A stretch of 63,854 nt of DNA, the filler included, from Folioceros fuciformis (taxonomy: Eukaryota), in NCBI GenBank assembly GCA_049999805.1. It is 6 parts of 6 records of this genome, joined end to end, with 100 filler letters (N's around TTAATTAATTAA, not from the genome) between each part and the next. Parts side by side here need not be neighbours in the genome. Positions count along the whole stretch, not along the records: positions 1 to 18,051 come from JBNGIO010002901.1; 5 more parts are not named here. One strand, given 5' to 3'. This document shows, one piece after another, positions 1-11,682 of the stretch. Below the pieces are notes generated by a model. The model was not told the DNA's origin. It ran no database searches and saw only the letters and a list, made by a program, of their open reading frames with translations. Positions within the stretch are counted from its first letter, which is position 1, and each line of letters opens with the position of its first letter. Both the position numbers and the translations under genes were made by a program.

Positions 1-410
1 ACAGTCCTTAGCCAGCGGGATGAGAAGGGGAGGGACTACCCAATCTACTATGCTGGACGTCAACTTACGGAGGCTAAACGCAAGTACACCACAATCGAGA
101 GGGAGGCACTTGGCATGGTCTACTCTTGTCGTAAATTCCGCCACTACCTCCTCTCCTATGAGTTTGTCTTCCATGTTGATCATTTTGCTCTCAAGCACAT
201 GGTCAACAAGGCAGACCTATCGGGCCGCATAGCTCACTAGATCTTGCTCTTGCAGGAGTTCACATTCACTGTGGAAACAAGGAAAGGGCGTAGGCATGTG
301 AATGCTGATTTTCTATCCAGGCTGAAAACGGGGAATGTGGTTCAGGACCAAGAAGATGATTTTCCGGATGAGGCATTTTCAGCAGACCTAGTGGAGTCCT
401 AGTGGCAAGC
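1..410 (+). mobile_element. Ty3/gypsy RNase H fragment (degenerate)
   Basis: Translates to RDYPIYYAGRQLTEA..YTTIERE..LGMVYSCRKFRHYLLSYEFVFHVDH..LLLQEF..NADFLSR with a frameshift and stops. Same family as the RNase H at ~32720-32900 (-). Confidence 0.9.
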
Positions 411-461
411 CATTCAGTGATGCATTGGAAGGTGGGCAGCCTACAGGGATCCAAGCAGAGA

Positions 462-565
462 GATTTGGAGGAAGAGCAAGGGCGATGAGAAGCAAGAGCG
501 ATTTGGAGGGAGAGCGAGGGCAATGAGAAGTAAGAGCAATTTGGAGGGAGAGAAGGGCGATAAGC
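462..565. repeat. 38-bp tandem repeat, ~2.7 copies
   Basis: (G/A)ATTTGGAGG..AGAG..AGGGC.AT..... units start at 462, 500 and 538. Confidence 0.8.
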
Positions 566-1249
566 AACACGGCACCTATACGGGTGGGTCACACCCTGGT
601 CACATGGGGATGGAATGGCGAGTGGCGTATAAGTTCACGAAGTATTACGTATTATCGAAATCTATTAGGATACCCCCTAGTGGATTCGATGTAGCCCAAA
701 TGCTTACGTATTTGATCTAATACGTAAGTATCGTACGATGGCATGTCTCGACCAAATACGAGACAAACCAATAAGAATGACACCCCTAATAACTTGATGT
801 TCAGCAACAATTTGTCTTATAAAATGATGATGCACATCTATGTGCTTTGTTCAAGCATGATACTTGGCATTCTTAGTTAAAGCTATCATGGACATGTTAT
901 CATAATGTAATAAAGTAGTTGAGTCCTAAGTTTGATCCATCTCAACTAGCAAAGTTCTACCAGCTATTGTCTCCTTACCAGCTAAAGTTCACACTACATA
1001 CTTACTTTCCATAGAACTCAAAGACATACTTTGTTCCTTTTACATGTCCAAGAAACAGTTTCATTACACAAAGTGAAGCAATAGCTAGATAAACTTTTCC
1101 TTGGCTGCTCCAATTAGCATAAGACCAACCCTTAAGTGAAAGTTGCCCTATTCTCGAATGCTTATATTGAAGACTTACACTCATATTATCAAATAAATAT
1201 CGATAAATACGTTTTTCTGCAACGTAATGAACCAAGCTTGAATTAAAGA

Positions 1250-1660
1250 GAAATTGTGACGCTTTGGATACCGCATGACTGATATCTGAGCAAGTCCAAC
1301 CACCAAGGAATAATAAGCATCTGACTCCTCTCTAAAAGGAGTTTGTAATGGCTTCTACATTCAATATATGTAGTAGGGCAATCCAAGATAGATAAGACTT
1401 GACATGCCGCAAGTTTAGTGGCTGAAGCACTAAAACGAGTAAGGAGTTGCATAACATATTTAGTTTGAAAGATGCTTAGTGTACCTTCATCCTTATTTCT
1501 AGCAATTTGAACTCCCACGCAATAGGTAAGAGTTCCAATGTTCTTCATTTTGTACTTAGAACTAAGAATATTCTTAACATCCTTCAATACTATGGGTAGC
1601 AATAATGATGTCATCCACACAAAGAGCAATGATAGCAAGTTTACCATCCTTACAAAGAAA
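1250..1660 (-). mobile_element. Ty1/copia RT fragment, highly degenerate
   Basis: KNILSSKYKMKNIGTLTYCVGVQIARNKDEGTLSIFQTKYV matches the copia RT F-x-M-K-D-L-G..LG(I/V)(Q/E)I..SQ-x-x-Y region. Confidence 0.8.
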
Positions 1661-1679
1661 ATAAACATTAACAAAATTA

Positions 1680-3110
1680 TTTATGGTGATGATTTGCAAA
1701 ATGGAACTATATGAATGGAGTTTTTGAAGCTAGCCAACATTGCAAGTGCACATATATAAGATGAATCTTCAATGCTTTGGTTGAGCAATTGCAATTCTTT
1801 ATTCTTGCTATTAAGAAAGTAAGTAAATTTTTGAGCCATGAAACATCAGTTATGATTAGTAAGGGCAACTGCTAAGGAGATCACAATTTTTTGAAGTTTT
1901 TACGTAATGTGAATCCGTATTTTGCTTAAGCTCATTGTATTGCTCACTGCACGTTACTTGCAGTTGCAAAAGGAGCATTCAAGGTTTTCAACTTAGAGAT
2001 AGCATACGAAATTGTAAGGAAATCGTATGCTACTCTTTATCATTCAAGTAAGAAGACTACGGCTTTGCATGAATTATAAGTGCATTTAGAAATGCTAGTA
2101 TTAATTCATGATGGCCATTGGTTATCTAAAGAGCAAGCCATGAGTAGAATAATTTGTTTATTGTTAATTTTAGTTAAATTTGCTCTAGAGGATAAGAAGA
2201 ATTGAAATTGGCTTAAAGCCAATAAGGGTTCAAGTAGTTTTTGTTCTTTGCAACAAGGAAAGATTGTCTTCCAAGTTTTACTAACTGCAGTTTTTGTTCT
2301 TTGCAAGGGAAGATTGTCTTCCAAGTTTTACTAACTGCTCCGGCCTTATTTGCATGTTATATTTTATTATATGTTTTAAAGGTTCTAAATTTTTTAAAGA
2401 CTAACTTTCAATCTAGAGCCATGGCCCAGTTAATATAGCTCCTTTTGCTCCTTTCATAGATTCTGTTGTTGAACAAGTGAAAAGTATGTATAAAGTTAAT
2501 AGGGTGAGTATGGGGAGTAGAAACTTTTTCTTTTTTATTGAAAGTTAAAAAAACAAAAAAAAAAAGAAAAAGTCACGAAACGTATGAGGGTTTTGCAAAA
2601 TCTGGTACTTAAAATATGAATTAAGTTATTGTATTCCTAGTGCTAACAAATATGCTTTAATTTTTGTTGATGAATTGAATAATAAGTTGTTTGATCTCTG
2701 TGTGTAGCATGTTCGTTGTCTATTTAGTCCTAAATTTTATTCTAAAGATGCAAAGGAGAGCATACTATTAGTCAATAGTTTGTTAAAGGTATTTCTAAAT
2801 TGGTCTAGAACCAACTCTTTAGTTGCAAATACTAATGTAGTTGACCTTGTTATAGTTGATGAGGTGTCAAGTTGAGTTGCTAACATTTGTGTCCATCTTG
2901 AAGTCTTTTTATGCTAGATTGAGTAGGTTAACAACTTCTAAAGATATTCAACAACTCATGAGAAGATAGTACTGACCTGCTCTATATCATGTTCTTGGGA
3001 ATTATGTCTAATTCTGTCTTGACTATATGTGTGTGGGAATTTTGTAAACAAAACATTTTTGATTTTTTAAACAAAAATGCATGAGAACTAATCTTAATAT
3101 TATCCCTCCT
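1680..3110 (+). mobile_element. hAT-superfamily transposase remnant
   Basis: AT-rich. HCIAHCTLLAV (CxxH motif, 1933-1965), SVMISK resembling DGASVMxG (~1846), HWLSKEQA resembling the RW-S motif (~2116), and a degraded CERxFS-like dimerisation segment near 3020-3060. Many stops; TIRs not identified. Confidence 0.65.
2236..2338. repeat. ~53-bp tandem duplication
   Basis: AGTTTTTGTTCTTTGCAA..GATTGTCTTCCAAGTTTTACTAACTGC at 2236 and 2289. Confidence 0.9.
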
Positions 3111-4419
3111 AATGCACCTATGAGTATATCGATCAATGGTCCTTTGGTTAAGGAGATAGATTAGAATGGTACTTTTAAAGTGTTCTTTCAGCAAAGGGCT
3201 TTTCATTGCTGTACAATGAGTGATGGCTAATGCCATATACACAAGGACAATATTGGCAATAGAGGCGGCATCAACAACTAGTGTGGTAAGGTAGATCTCT
3301 CTTCGTGGACCATGATATTTTAGGCGCTATTGATAATCATTAGGCTTCGGGGTTAATATCTAGTGTGCCAATCATGATTTATCTATCTAGATGGTTTTCC
3401 AATCTTTTTTTTCTAAAAGGAATAACATCTTTTGAAGCTTGGAAAGACCAGTAGGGACGGTAGAACATATCATACATTTATATTTTTATCCTTATAATAT
3501 TATTTATGAGTTATTAATTTAATATTTGTTATATTGTAAGCCACCAAGAGTCGAAAAAAAGGCACGGTCACTGCTCGGCTCGGGCCCGAGAGTAATAAAG
3601 CTAGGCCGTCCTGGGACTGAAAAGTAATGTAGTCGGTCAAAATGACACCCTCTTGTAGCCTACGGAACAGGCACAAGTAAACGGTCCAGCGCAACTCCGG
3701 CCGAGACTGGGCCAACGTGGTTCAGGTTCATGCGAACCCAGCTTTAGGGTCCTTTGCGAAGTGCTCATGAGAGGGCAAATGATGTATGATGAATATGAAA
3801 CACCAGAAACTCTTGAATTTAACCCCTTGGAATCGCCTCTGATTTGATTCGGACGCATGCTGGATGAGAGGTCTACGAGGCCGAAGGAGCGTACCTCCCC
3901 AAGTTTGCGTAACGATCCTCAGGCTTTCCGTCACGGCGTATGTGTTTGGGTTGTCCGCGGTCAAAGCCACGATAGCACTGAGAAGCATTCGGGGGATTTT
4001 GAGTTGCTCTCAAGGAGTTCATTTCTGCTGGAGGTTGGAAATGTCACTCTGGGTGACGACAGTGTAATCGTGTACCTGGTCGTCATTTTGCACCAGCAAG
4101 AGTTCACAGAGATTCGTTTCATGCTTTTAAAATGGAGGTACACGCACTGCTTGCTTGCCAGATTCTGCCTCCGACGGTAGGCTCTCCCGATTTGTCGCGG
4201 GGTACCTTCCGGCTCAGGAAAGGAAGGGGAGCTTTTGGACTCTTTCTAGGTAATGCAAGCCGTGATCTTTGGCTGCGCATTCCTCATCCACCGAAGAAGT
4301 GGATTTTGATTCGCACCCAAATTGTCCCTGAACAGGAGAAAGGAGGGAACCCTGAGATTAGCCATGTGCAGAAGTTTTTCAGGATACGATGGATTCAATT
4401 TTGTGCGCGAGGCTGAGGC

Positions 4420-6950
4420 CATGCCGCCGGCGATGGAAGAAGTTGGCCACGAGTCAAACCCAGTAGAATTTGGAGAACAAGACAGCGTCCGAAGCAAGGT
4501 TGAGAGAGCGATAATGCAAACCTTGCCCCAGCTTGTTATGTCCTTCAGTGCAACCAGAGAGTCCCATCCGCAAGAGCTTGCCCTCACGTAAACTCGCATC
4601 TGATTGGAGGACAATAGGAATCAGACGAAGACATTCTGCTGCCGGAAATTGCGTAGGTTGCAGGCATCGGGAGAGCCACAGTAGCAGAAGCAGATCATGC
4701 TGTCGAAAGTATGGAGGCTGGGTGCAATTTGAGGAGTTCAGTTCACGACTGTGAGTTGAGCAGCTAGACTGTGGTTTGGTTGGAACTCTCGCAGGCCAGG
4801 TCTAGGAGACGTGTGAGGGTTAACAGGGGATGGAAATGTGGAAGTTAAAGTTGTCTCCATCCTTGTCTGGGATTGAGTCATGCCAGGGCCCCAGGGAAGG
4901 GGCAACTCCTGAAGCAAACGCAAATTCCGAGAATATTGTCAAGTCTGGTCCGCAATCGGAAGGTTTCCAGGAAGCAGTGGACAGACAGAAGCCTGGTAAA
5001 CGAGAATCAGAAAACAGATCTGCAGCTCACAGGGACCTTAATGGCACATAGATGACATAGCTGAGCTCACTGTCGTCGTTTCAGATCAAGATGGACAGGA
5101 TGCAACGCCTACGTCTGGACGACGGAAACACAAACGTGTAGTGCTTTTTGTGAATGGGTTGGATAAAGATGGTACCAAGGACGATCTTAAGCAGGTCTTT
5201 GGGCAGGTGGATATCAAGTTGCCTATTGGTGGGAGAACTTTTGCGATAGGGGTGCTGTTTTCGTATTTCTTATCATCTAGGTGGTCTTCGCTGTAGCATT
5301 CATTAAGTTCCATTCATCCTCAAGAACTTGTGAAGACTGAGTTTGTCTTCTTCCACAGGACCTTGTTGCCTTGGGTCTTATGGAAGATGGGAAATTTCAG
5401 GTTGATTCCATGTTGTCGCATTGATCTGCATATATTTACTGATGGGCGGGCTCTGTGACAGTCTGTGGCCAACCACGTGGCGTGCTTCTGAGTGAGGAGA
5501 ACGGCACACTTTTCCTAGGAAATATCAACAAAAGTTGGAGGAAGAAAATGGTACAGAAAACCTGCACAGTGAAGTTTGCTGTTTACATCTCTTGTTTCAG
5601 CATGTCGGATACTCACCAGGTGACTTGCATCACAGCTTCTTGAGACGCCTGCTAAGTACACGGTCGAGGTAGTGGAGGGGCTAACTCTAATGGACGACCC
5701 TCAAGCTGACAGCCTAAATTGTGGGTTTGGTTTTATCAAATTTGCAAACGATAAGGATGCTTTGCTTTAATTTAGGCATCCCTAGTTGCCTGATGATGTG
5801 TATAGCACGAACCACTCAGCGAATATCGCCTGAGCGTAGCTCGTGTTTGAGCCGGATGATAATGTTATTTTGAAGTTACAGTAGCTCATGGAGAGTTGTT
5901 GGGACACTAGCTCCTGGAGTCACTTTAATCACACAGGATTTGTGTGTAAGAAAATGACCCATAATATTGTGTTTTCTTGCCCAGATTGAATTCGTGTTTG
6001 TGGCCGCCATCCGACTTGGCTGGGATGAAGATCATGTGAAACACTTTGGGAAGGCTGCAGCCATAGAACGTGGTACACTAGCCGCAACTTTCCCTCAGCG
6101 AAGATGAAGGGCTGTGGATTCGTTAACTATGTTGCCCGTGAAGCAGCCTTAGCATGCATTCCTACTCTAAACAACTGTGAGGTTGTTGAAGGGGATATCG
6201 AGGTATGGTGGGGAGGACTTGGCATTTTTCGAAGTCACCAATGCAGTTTTGTGTTGTGTTTGCCAATATCTGAGGCTGGAGTACCCAGATGGGTATGAAG
6301 ATCATGTTTCCTAAGTCACAGGTGAAGAGCAAGCCAGTGGAAGGGGGCATCCGTGGGGGATATCCTCTTGGGCGAGGGCGTGAAGGTTCATAAACTACTA
6401 CAACAACTACTTTTGTTCGGTGTGATCATTCATTATATAGATCTGGCTCGTGTGAATGCTTCTAAAGGATGGATTTGCAGAGCTGGAAGACATGAATCTG
6501 CAAGCCGTGCAGGCCGCAGTGGCAGTTGGGGTGCAGTAGGGAACCACTCGGTGGTAAGAGAAGTGTTGAGGATGACTGAAGTATATATCAGCCCCTAAAA
6601 ATGCTTAGGAAGGAGGCTGTGCAAGCCAAAAAGATGGCTGCTGCCGACACAGCTGAGGCTTCACATTTTCTGCTTCCACCTGGTGATAGGAGTGTCATTC
6701 ATGACACACATTAAGCTGTCAGCATGGGTCGGATGGTCAGAACGGATTTACTGTATGAAGGATTCCGAAAGTCCACAGCGGTTTGAAGGTTTGATGTTTG
6801 CTTTAGCATCAGATTTTGAAGCTTATCATTGTCAGCAGTTGAAGGGTCGTGTTCATCAGTTGTTGGTGGATTTAGAAGGGCTGAGAAGCCGAATAACAAG
6901 ACACTATCGAGTCCTTTGCATGAGTATGATTCTCGAAATCACTGTGCCTC
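4420..6950 (+). pseudogene. Intron-containing pseudogene of a 3-RRM hnRNP Q/R-like RNA-binding protein
   Basis: RRM pieces: RKHKRVVLFVNGLDKDGTKDDLKQVFGQV (~5122-5210), ENGTLFLGNINKSW (~5497-5540), EGLTLMDDPQADSLNCGFGFIKF (~5674-5743), VFVAAI..WDEDHVK and KGCGFVNYVAREAALACI (~5990-6200). Separated by intron-like stretches, with stops and frameshifts. Outer boundaries approximate. Confidence 0.75.
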
Positions 6951-9481
6951 TATGACACTAAACCTGGCAACACTGCTGGCTCTTTTGACGTTGAAACCAC
7001 CGTTGGGAAAGGCAGCTTAGGCGTGCCATTAACCAGGGGGTTTGTCAAGGGTAGAAACAAAGGTAAAGCTGAACAAATGGCGGCTGCCAGCGCTTGTGAA
7101 ACGTGTTGGAACGTGTTCCTGAATCAGAACTGACTAGACCAAGCCAGGCCAGACGAAGGTACAATGCAAAACATTCTGGTTCTCTGTTTTTCTTGGCTTC
7201 CTTCTTGTAGATCGCCGGAGGTCCAACTGGTCCACATGAGTTTAGAGCTGTTCCACAAGAACCAGCGTTGGGTGGTGGCTACGCTTCACCGAGAGGTTTC
7301 CAAGGGCCGTTCCACTGAGAAGCACCAAGGATGTCACCTTAGCTGCTGTCTGGTCTCTGCCCTAAACTTTCGTGCATTGCTCCAAAAGACTTAGAAAATA
7401 ACAGGTTTGGTTTGTGGATCAGGCCTTGATATTTTCGAGATTATTTACCCAGGTGAGTTCTAATGAGTTTGTCTGCTCTCCCTTATGTCTATGTCATGGT
7501 ACAGATTGAATTTTGCAGGGATCGTTCTGTTGAGCTTGTGCTGATCCAAACATCCCCCGAACCAAGCAGGAGAGGTGCTATTATCTAGGGGCTTATGGTT
7601 ACAGTACTGAGCAAGTAGTTTGAAGGATGTCAAAAGACATTTTAGGGTAACTTGGTGAGGAAGTTGAACGGGCAATGATTTGCTTGTTTGGATAGATTAT
7701 CCAGACGAAGTCTCGTCTTGTGGCTGTACTTTGGGTTGGCTAATCTGGAGGAAAGAAAAATGAAGGATTCTTGGCCTGTTCAACTCGGGTTTTCGAGGGG
7801 CACATTTCACTCACCTGTCGAAGGTTACTGGTGGGGAGGATCCAACAGTCTGTAGTGATTATGTTTAATTATTGTCTGGTCATGTTTAATTATTGCTCGA
7901 GTTCAACTAATTTCCAGTCTGCCGCAGCATCATAAGCTGCTTCATGGTCTGCCTTCGATGCGTATTTTAAACTTGGCGTAGCGTTCTTAACATGGGATTC
8001 GGGGAATTATCTCGTGGACATCCGGCAGAGACTTTCTTCCAAGCCTATGGCTTGGTAAAGCTGTGTTCTTGCAACGTACGATTGTGGGGGTTCTTCGGGA
8101 TGCTGCCCACTTTCACTTACCTCAAACTGTAGTCTCGTGAATACTTATCGACACGGGAGGGACAACGTGGGCTTGGCAAGTGTGTTGGTTCTTTGTCGGT
8201 TCAACACTATGGGTACAAAAATTTTGGTGCGTAGAAAATGGTGCACATACACCTTAATTTTGGCATGCGTCAGGGGCTGTATTTGAAGGGGAACGCTTGA
8301 CAAGCATTTCCCTTCATGTGAGGTTGCTCACAATGTGAGGTTCTTGCGTGGGTGAACGTAGGTGTGAAACGCGACTCGGCTCGGCTTGTCACTCCCGTCT
8401 GTTTTAGACTGACAGTTTGTGGTACACTGTAGATCCATGGAGACCACGTTTAGCTCCGAGCGCACAAACCACCAACCACCTGCGAATCTGTGGATGCCAG
8501 TGAGGAAGTTATTCAGTGAGTGCCTTCATGGTACATCCTCCGCATGGAAGATGCTGTTTTGCCATCTGCAACTTACCGTGCTCGGTAGTCTGGAACACCT
8601 TCTCACCGCGTGTAAAGGTACACACCCCCTGCGTGTTCCATCGTAGGAGGAAGAAGACTCGATGAGGCACATGAGAAGGGGAAGAAGGCGACTCGGCCCA
8701 CACGGTAGAAGTGTTGTCGTTTTCTATGGCGGATTCCACTGCTCTGTGTCCTGCTGGCGCTGTACATGCAGACTTAGTGGGCGTTTACATTATTTGAAAG
8801 ACCCTCACGCCCCAATGGTGACGCCGATCCTCATGTCTCAGGCGGTGGTCACAGCACGACCGGATTGGACTACGTTCGCAATTACGCGATGAATGCTGTA
8901 GACAACGAAAAACGGGGGCGGCGATTGATGACTTCGGGTGGATATCGGTGAATGGCGTGGACGCCAGTGGCCCACAGCTCCTGTCAATGTGGACGCTGTC
9001 GACAGCACTCACTCGCAATACGAGTACAGGATTCGAGCACCAAGGCGGCCAATGGGGAAGGGTGCAAAATCGACCCTAGCCAATGACGGGGCGCGCGGGT
9101 GCCGAGTCCTTCTCGCCGTCTAATTGGCTGCTTAGACGAAATGTCGAGAATGTTTCGCCGTCTAGCACGTGGTCATCAGCTGACTTCATAACGGGGCTAC
9201 GAGACCTCGTGGGTACGCGGCGAAACCACAACTTCGGCGAAACCTCAACCGCTGCCGCTCCGGGCTACAAGATCGTAGCGCCCACAAATTTTGTTTCCCG
9301 CCCGCTCCTTTTCGGTCCTATCTCGTGGCCTCGCGTCCCTGGAATTGGGTGCTGCATTGCCGGGCGGCGGTGCCAGGCTAGCCGGAGTCCGGTGCAGAGG
9401 AAGGTAGACGTTTCCTTGCCCCTTCTTCTGCTCGTAGATTTGCCCTAGTGCCGGCCGGGAGCTCGCGATCGGAGCTTGGCT

Positions 9482-10846
9482 ATGGCCTCCAGTCTTTTGG
9501 CCAAGAGCGGCCTGGCGGTGACAGCCAGGCCTAGCGCGGGAGCTGGGGCTTCGCGCCTTGGTCGGTGCCAAGCCAATGGCGGCTTGAGCAGCAGGAGGCC
9601 GGCAGGACTGTGGATGGGAAAGCAGGCGCTGGCTCTGGTTGCGGGAGGGGACGGTGCTGCCATTGCACTACCGGGCCTTGGGATGCGCGGGGGTCAGCAG
9701 CGCGGGAGGAGGAAGGGCGTGGTTGCCATGGTAGCGGTTCCCGTCCGGCCTAGCTATACGCCCGACAGCTCCACGGACGGGGAGCTGGAGTTTGATGCGG
9801 CGGCGCCTCCCCCCTTCACTTTGGCGGACATACGGGCCGCTATCCCGAAGCATTGCTGGGAGAAGAATACCTGGAGGTCGATGAGTTACGTGGCGAGGGA
9901 CGTGGCGGTGGTGCTGGGGCTGGCTGCGGGTGCGGCCTATCTCAATAGCTGGTATGTGTGGCCGCTGTACTGGTTTGTGCAGGGCACTATGTTCTGGGCC
10001 TTGTTTGTGCTGGGGCACGACTGTGGGCACGGGAGCTTCTCCAGTAACAAGATGGTAAACAGCGTCATTGGGCACTTGACGCACTCGTCCATTCTGGTGC
10101 CATTTCACGGGTGGAGGATAAGTCACCGCACGCACCACCAAAACCACGGCCATGTGGAGAATGATGAGTCCTGGCACCCCATGTCGGAAAGCACGTACAG
10201 GGGTCTGGACCTCCTGACCCGGGTTGGCAGGCTCTCCCTGCCCTGGGCCATGCTCGCTTACCCCTTCTACCTCTTCGCTCGGAGCCCGGGCAAGACAGGT
10301 TCTCACTTCGACCCGTCCAGTGATCTGTTCGTCCCCACGGAGCGCAACCAGGTGCTCACCTCCACTGCCTGCTGGGCTGCCATGGCTTCTCTCCTGGTGG
10401 GCCTCACCGTGGGGCTGGGACCCATCTGGATGCTCAAGCTTTACTTTGTGCCCTACTGGGCCTTTGTGGTGTGGTTGGATGTGGTCACCTACCTACACCA
10501 CCACGGCTACGAGGACAAGGTTCCTTGGTACAGAGGCGAGGAGTGGAACTACATGCGTGGGGGGCTCTCCACCATCGATCGGGACTACGGTTGGATCAAC
10601 AACATTCATCACGACATCGGCACTCACGTCGTTCATCACCTCTTCCCCCAGATTCCACACTACCACCTGGTGGAGGCGACGCAGGCTGTGAAGCCTGTGC
10701 TGGGAAAGTATTACAGGGAGCCCAAGAAATCTTGGTGGTTTCCTTTTCATCTGCTCAACCCGCTGGTTAAGAGCATGAAGGAAGACCATTATGTTCCCGA
10801 CTCTGGAAATGTGGTATTCTACCAAAGTGACTCCAAGTCACACTAG
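9482..10846 (+). CDS. FAD7: Plastid omega-3 fatty acid desaturase (FAD7/FAD8-like), single coding exon
   Basis: ATG at 9482. Ala/Ser/Arg/Gly-rich transit peptide, [19 protein letters not shown], His boxes HDCGH, HRTHH and HVVHH, C-terminal [16 protein letters not shown]. Confidence 0.95.
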   Translation: MASSLLAKSGLAVTARPSAGAGASRLGRCQANGGLSSRRPAGLWMGKQALALVAGGDGAAIALPGLGMRGGQQRGRRKGVVAMVAVPVRPSYTPDSSTDGELEFDAAAPPPFTLADIRAAIPKHCWEKNTWRSMSYVARDVAVVLGLAAGAAYLNSWYVWPLYWFVQGTMFWALFVLGHDCGHGSFSSNKMVNSVIGHLTHSSILVPFHGWRISHRTHHQNHGHVENDESWHPMSESTYRGLDLLTRVGRLSLPWAMLAYPFYLFARSPGKTGSHFDPSSDLFVPTERNQVLTSTACWAAMASLLVGLTVGLGPIWMLKLYFVPYWAFVVWLDVVTYLHHHGYEDKVPWYRGEEWNYMRGGLSTIDRDYGWINNIHHDIGTHVVHHLFPQIPHYHLVEATQAVKPVLGKYYREPKKSWWFPFHLLNPLVKSMKEDHYVPDSGNVVFYQSDSKSH

Positions 10847-11682
10847 CAGAAGCAGTGGGAATCTGTGCGGGGTTGTTGGCTTTGCCTGCGCTTTGCACTG
10901 TAGCAGGTGCTTGTCTGCCGGAACTAACCTGTTGCTAACTTCGATACTGAATGGTACTAGGTAGGTTGGACTTTTGGGGAACAAAAAAATTTTCCTCGTC
11001 CAACAACAACATTCTTTGCTAGATCGATCCATTCTTTTTCTGTAAAACCACAGACGATTGTCTGGCCTCGATGCTGTGAACATTCAGTTTTGTTCCTCCT
11101 ACCGCATTGACGGTCCTATTAGTGATGACCGTGTCCCTTCCTCACTGTGGAAGGTCATAAGGAATTGAGGAGAATATGTTGCCTGCCGTCGTCGGAGATA
11201 TTTTTGACGAATATGAAAAGTTCAGAGAGTTCGCATTCCAGTCCTTTATGTAGAAAGAGTTGGTCTGGAGTCTTATCTGCCAATGAACTAATGCCGAGAC
11301 AGCTAGCTTCCAACGTGACTCTCATCCAGAGTTTGAAATACCTTTTACAACATAACAGGTGGCTTAGCACAGTCCACATATGTACAGTACGAGAAAACAG
11401 GATATCCTTCCCCACTGCATTATCTATCTTACAACTCACAGTTTTGCTTTGAAACATGCGATTAGGGCATGTATTGTATCTGGAGCGTTTTGGTTCGATT
11501 GTCCACGGTTGGCGGTCTTTTCTCGGGGGTTACAGTGTAGCCTATATTTCTGTGAGTTTGAAGAACTGGATATGGAATGCTTCAGCGATAATACCTGCAG
11601 CAGCTGGACTGTACTTGTGCCGGTGCCCATCACGTCATGACTGTAGGTGGGAGCTGCTATTGAGCCACCTCGAGCAGCTGGC

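Noticed and set aside
701-730. Hairpin TGCTTACGTATT..AATACGTAAGTA and an Ac-like GGGATGGAA near 607 as a hAT end
   Set aside because: No matching second TIR or TSD found.
7000-9400. Short ORFs upstream of FAD7
   Set aside because: No homology recognised; treated as intergenic or promoter sequence.
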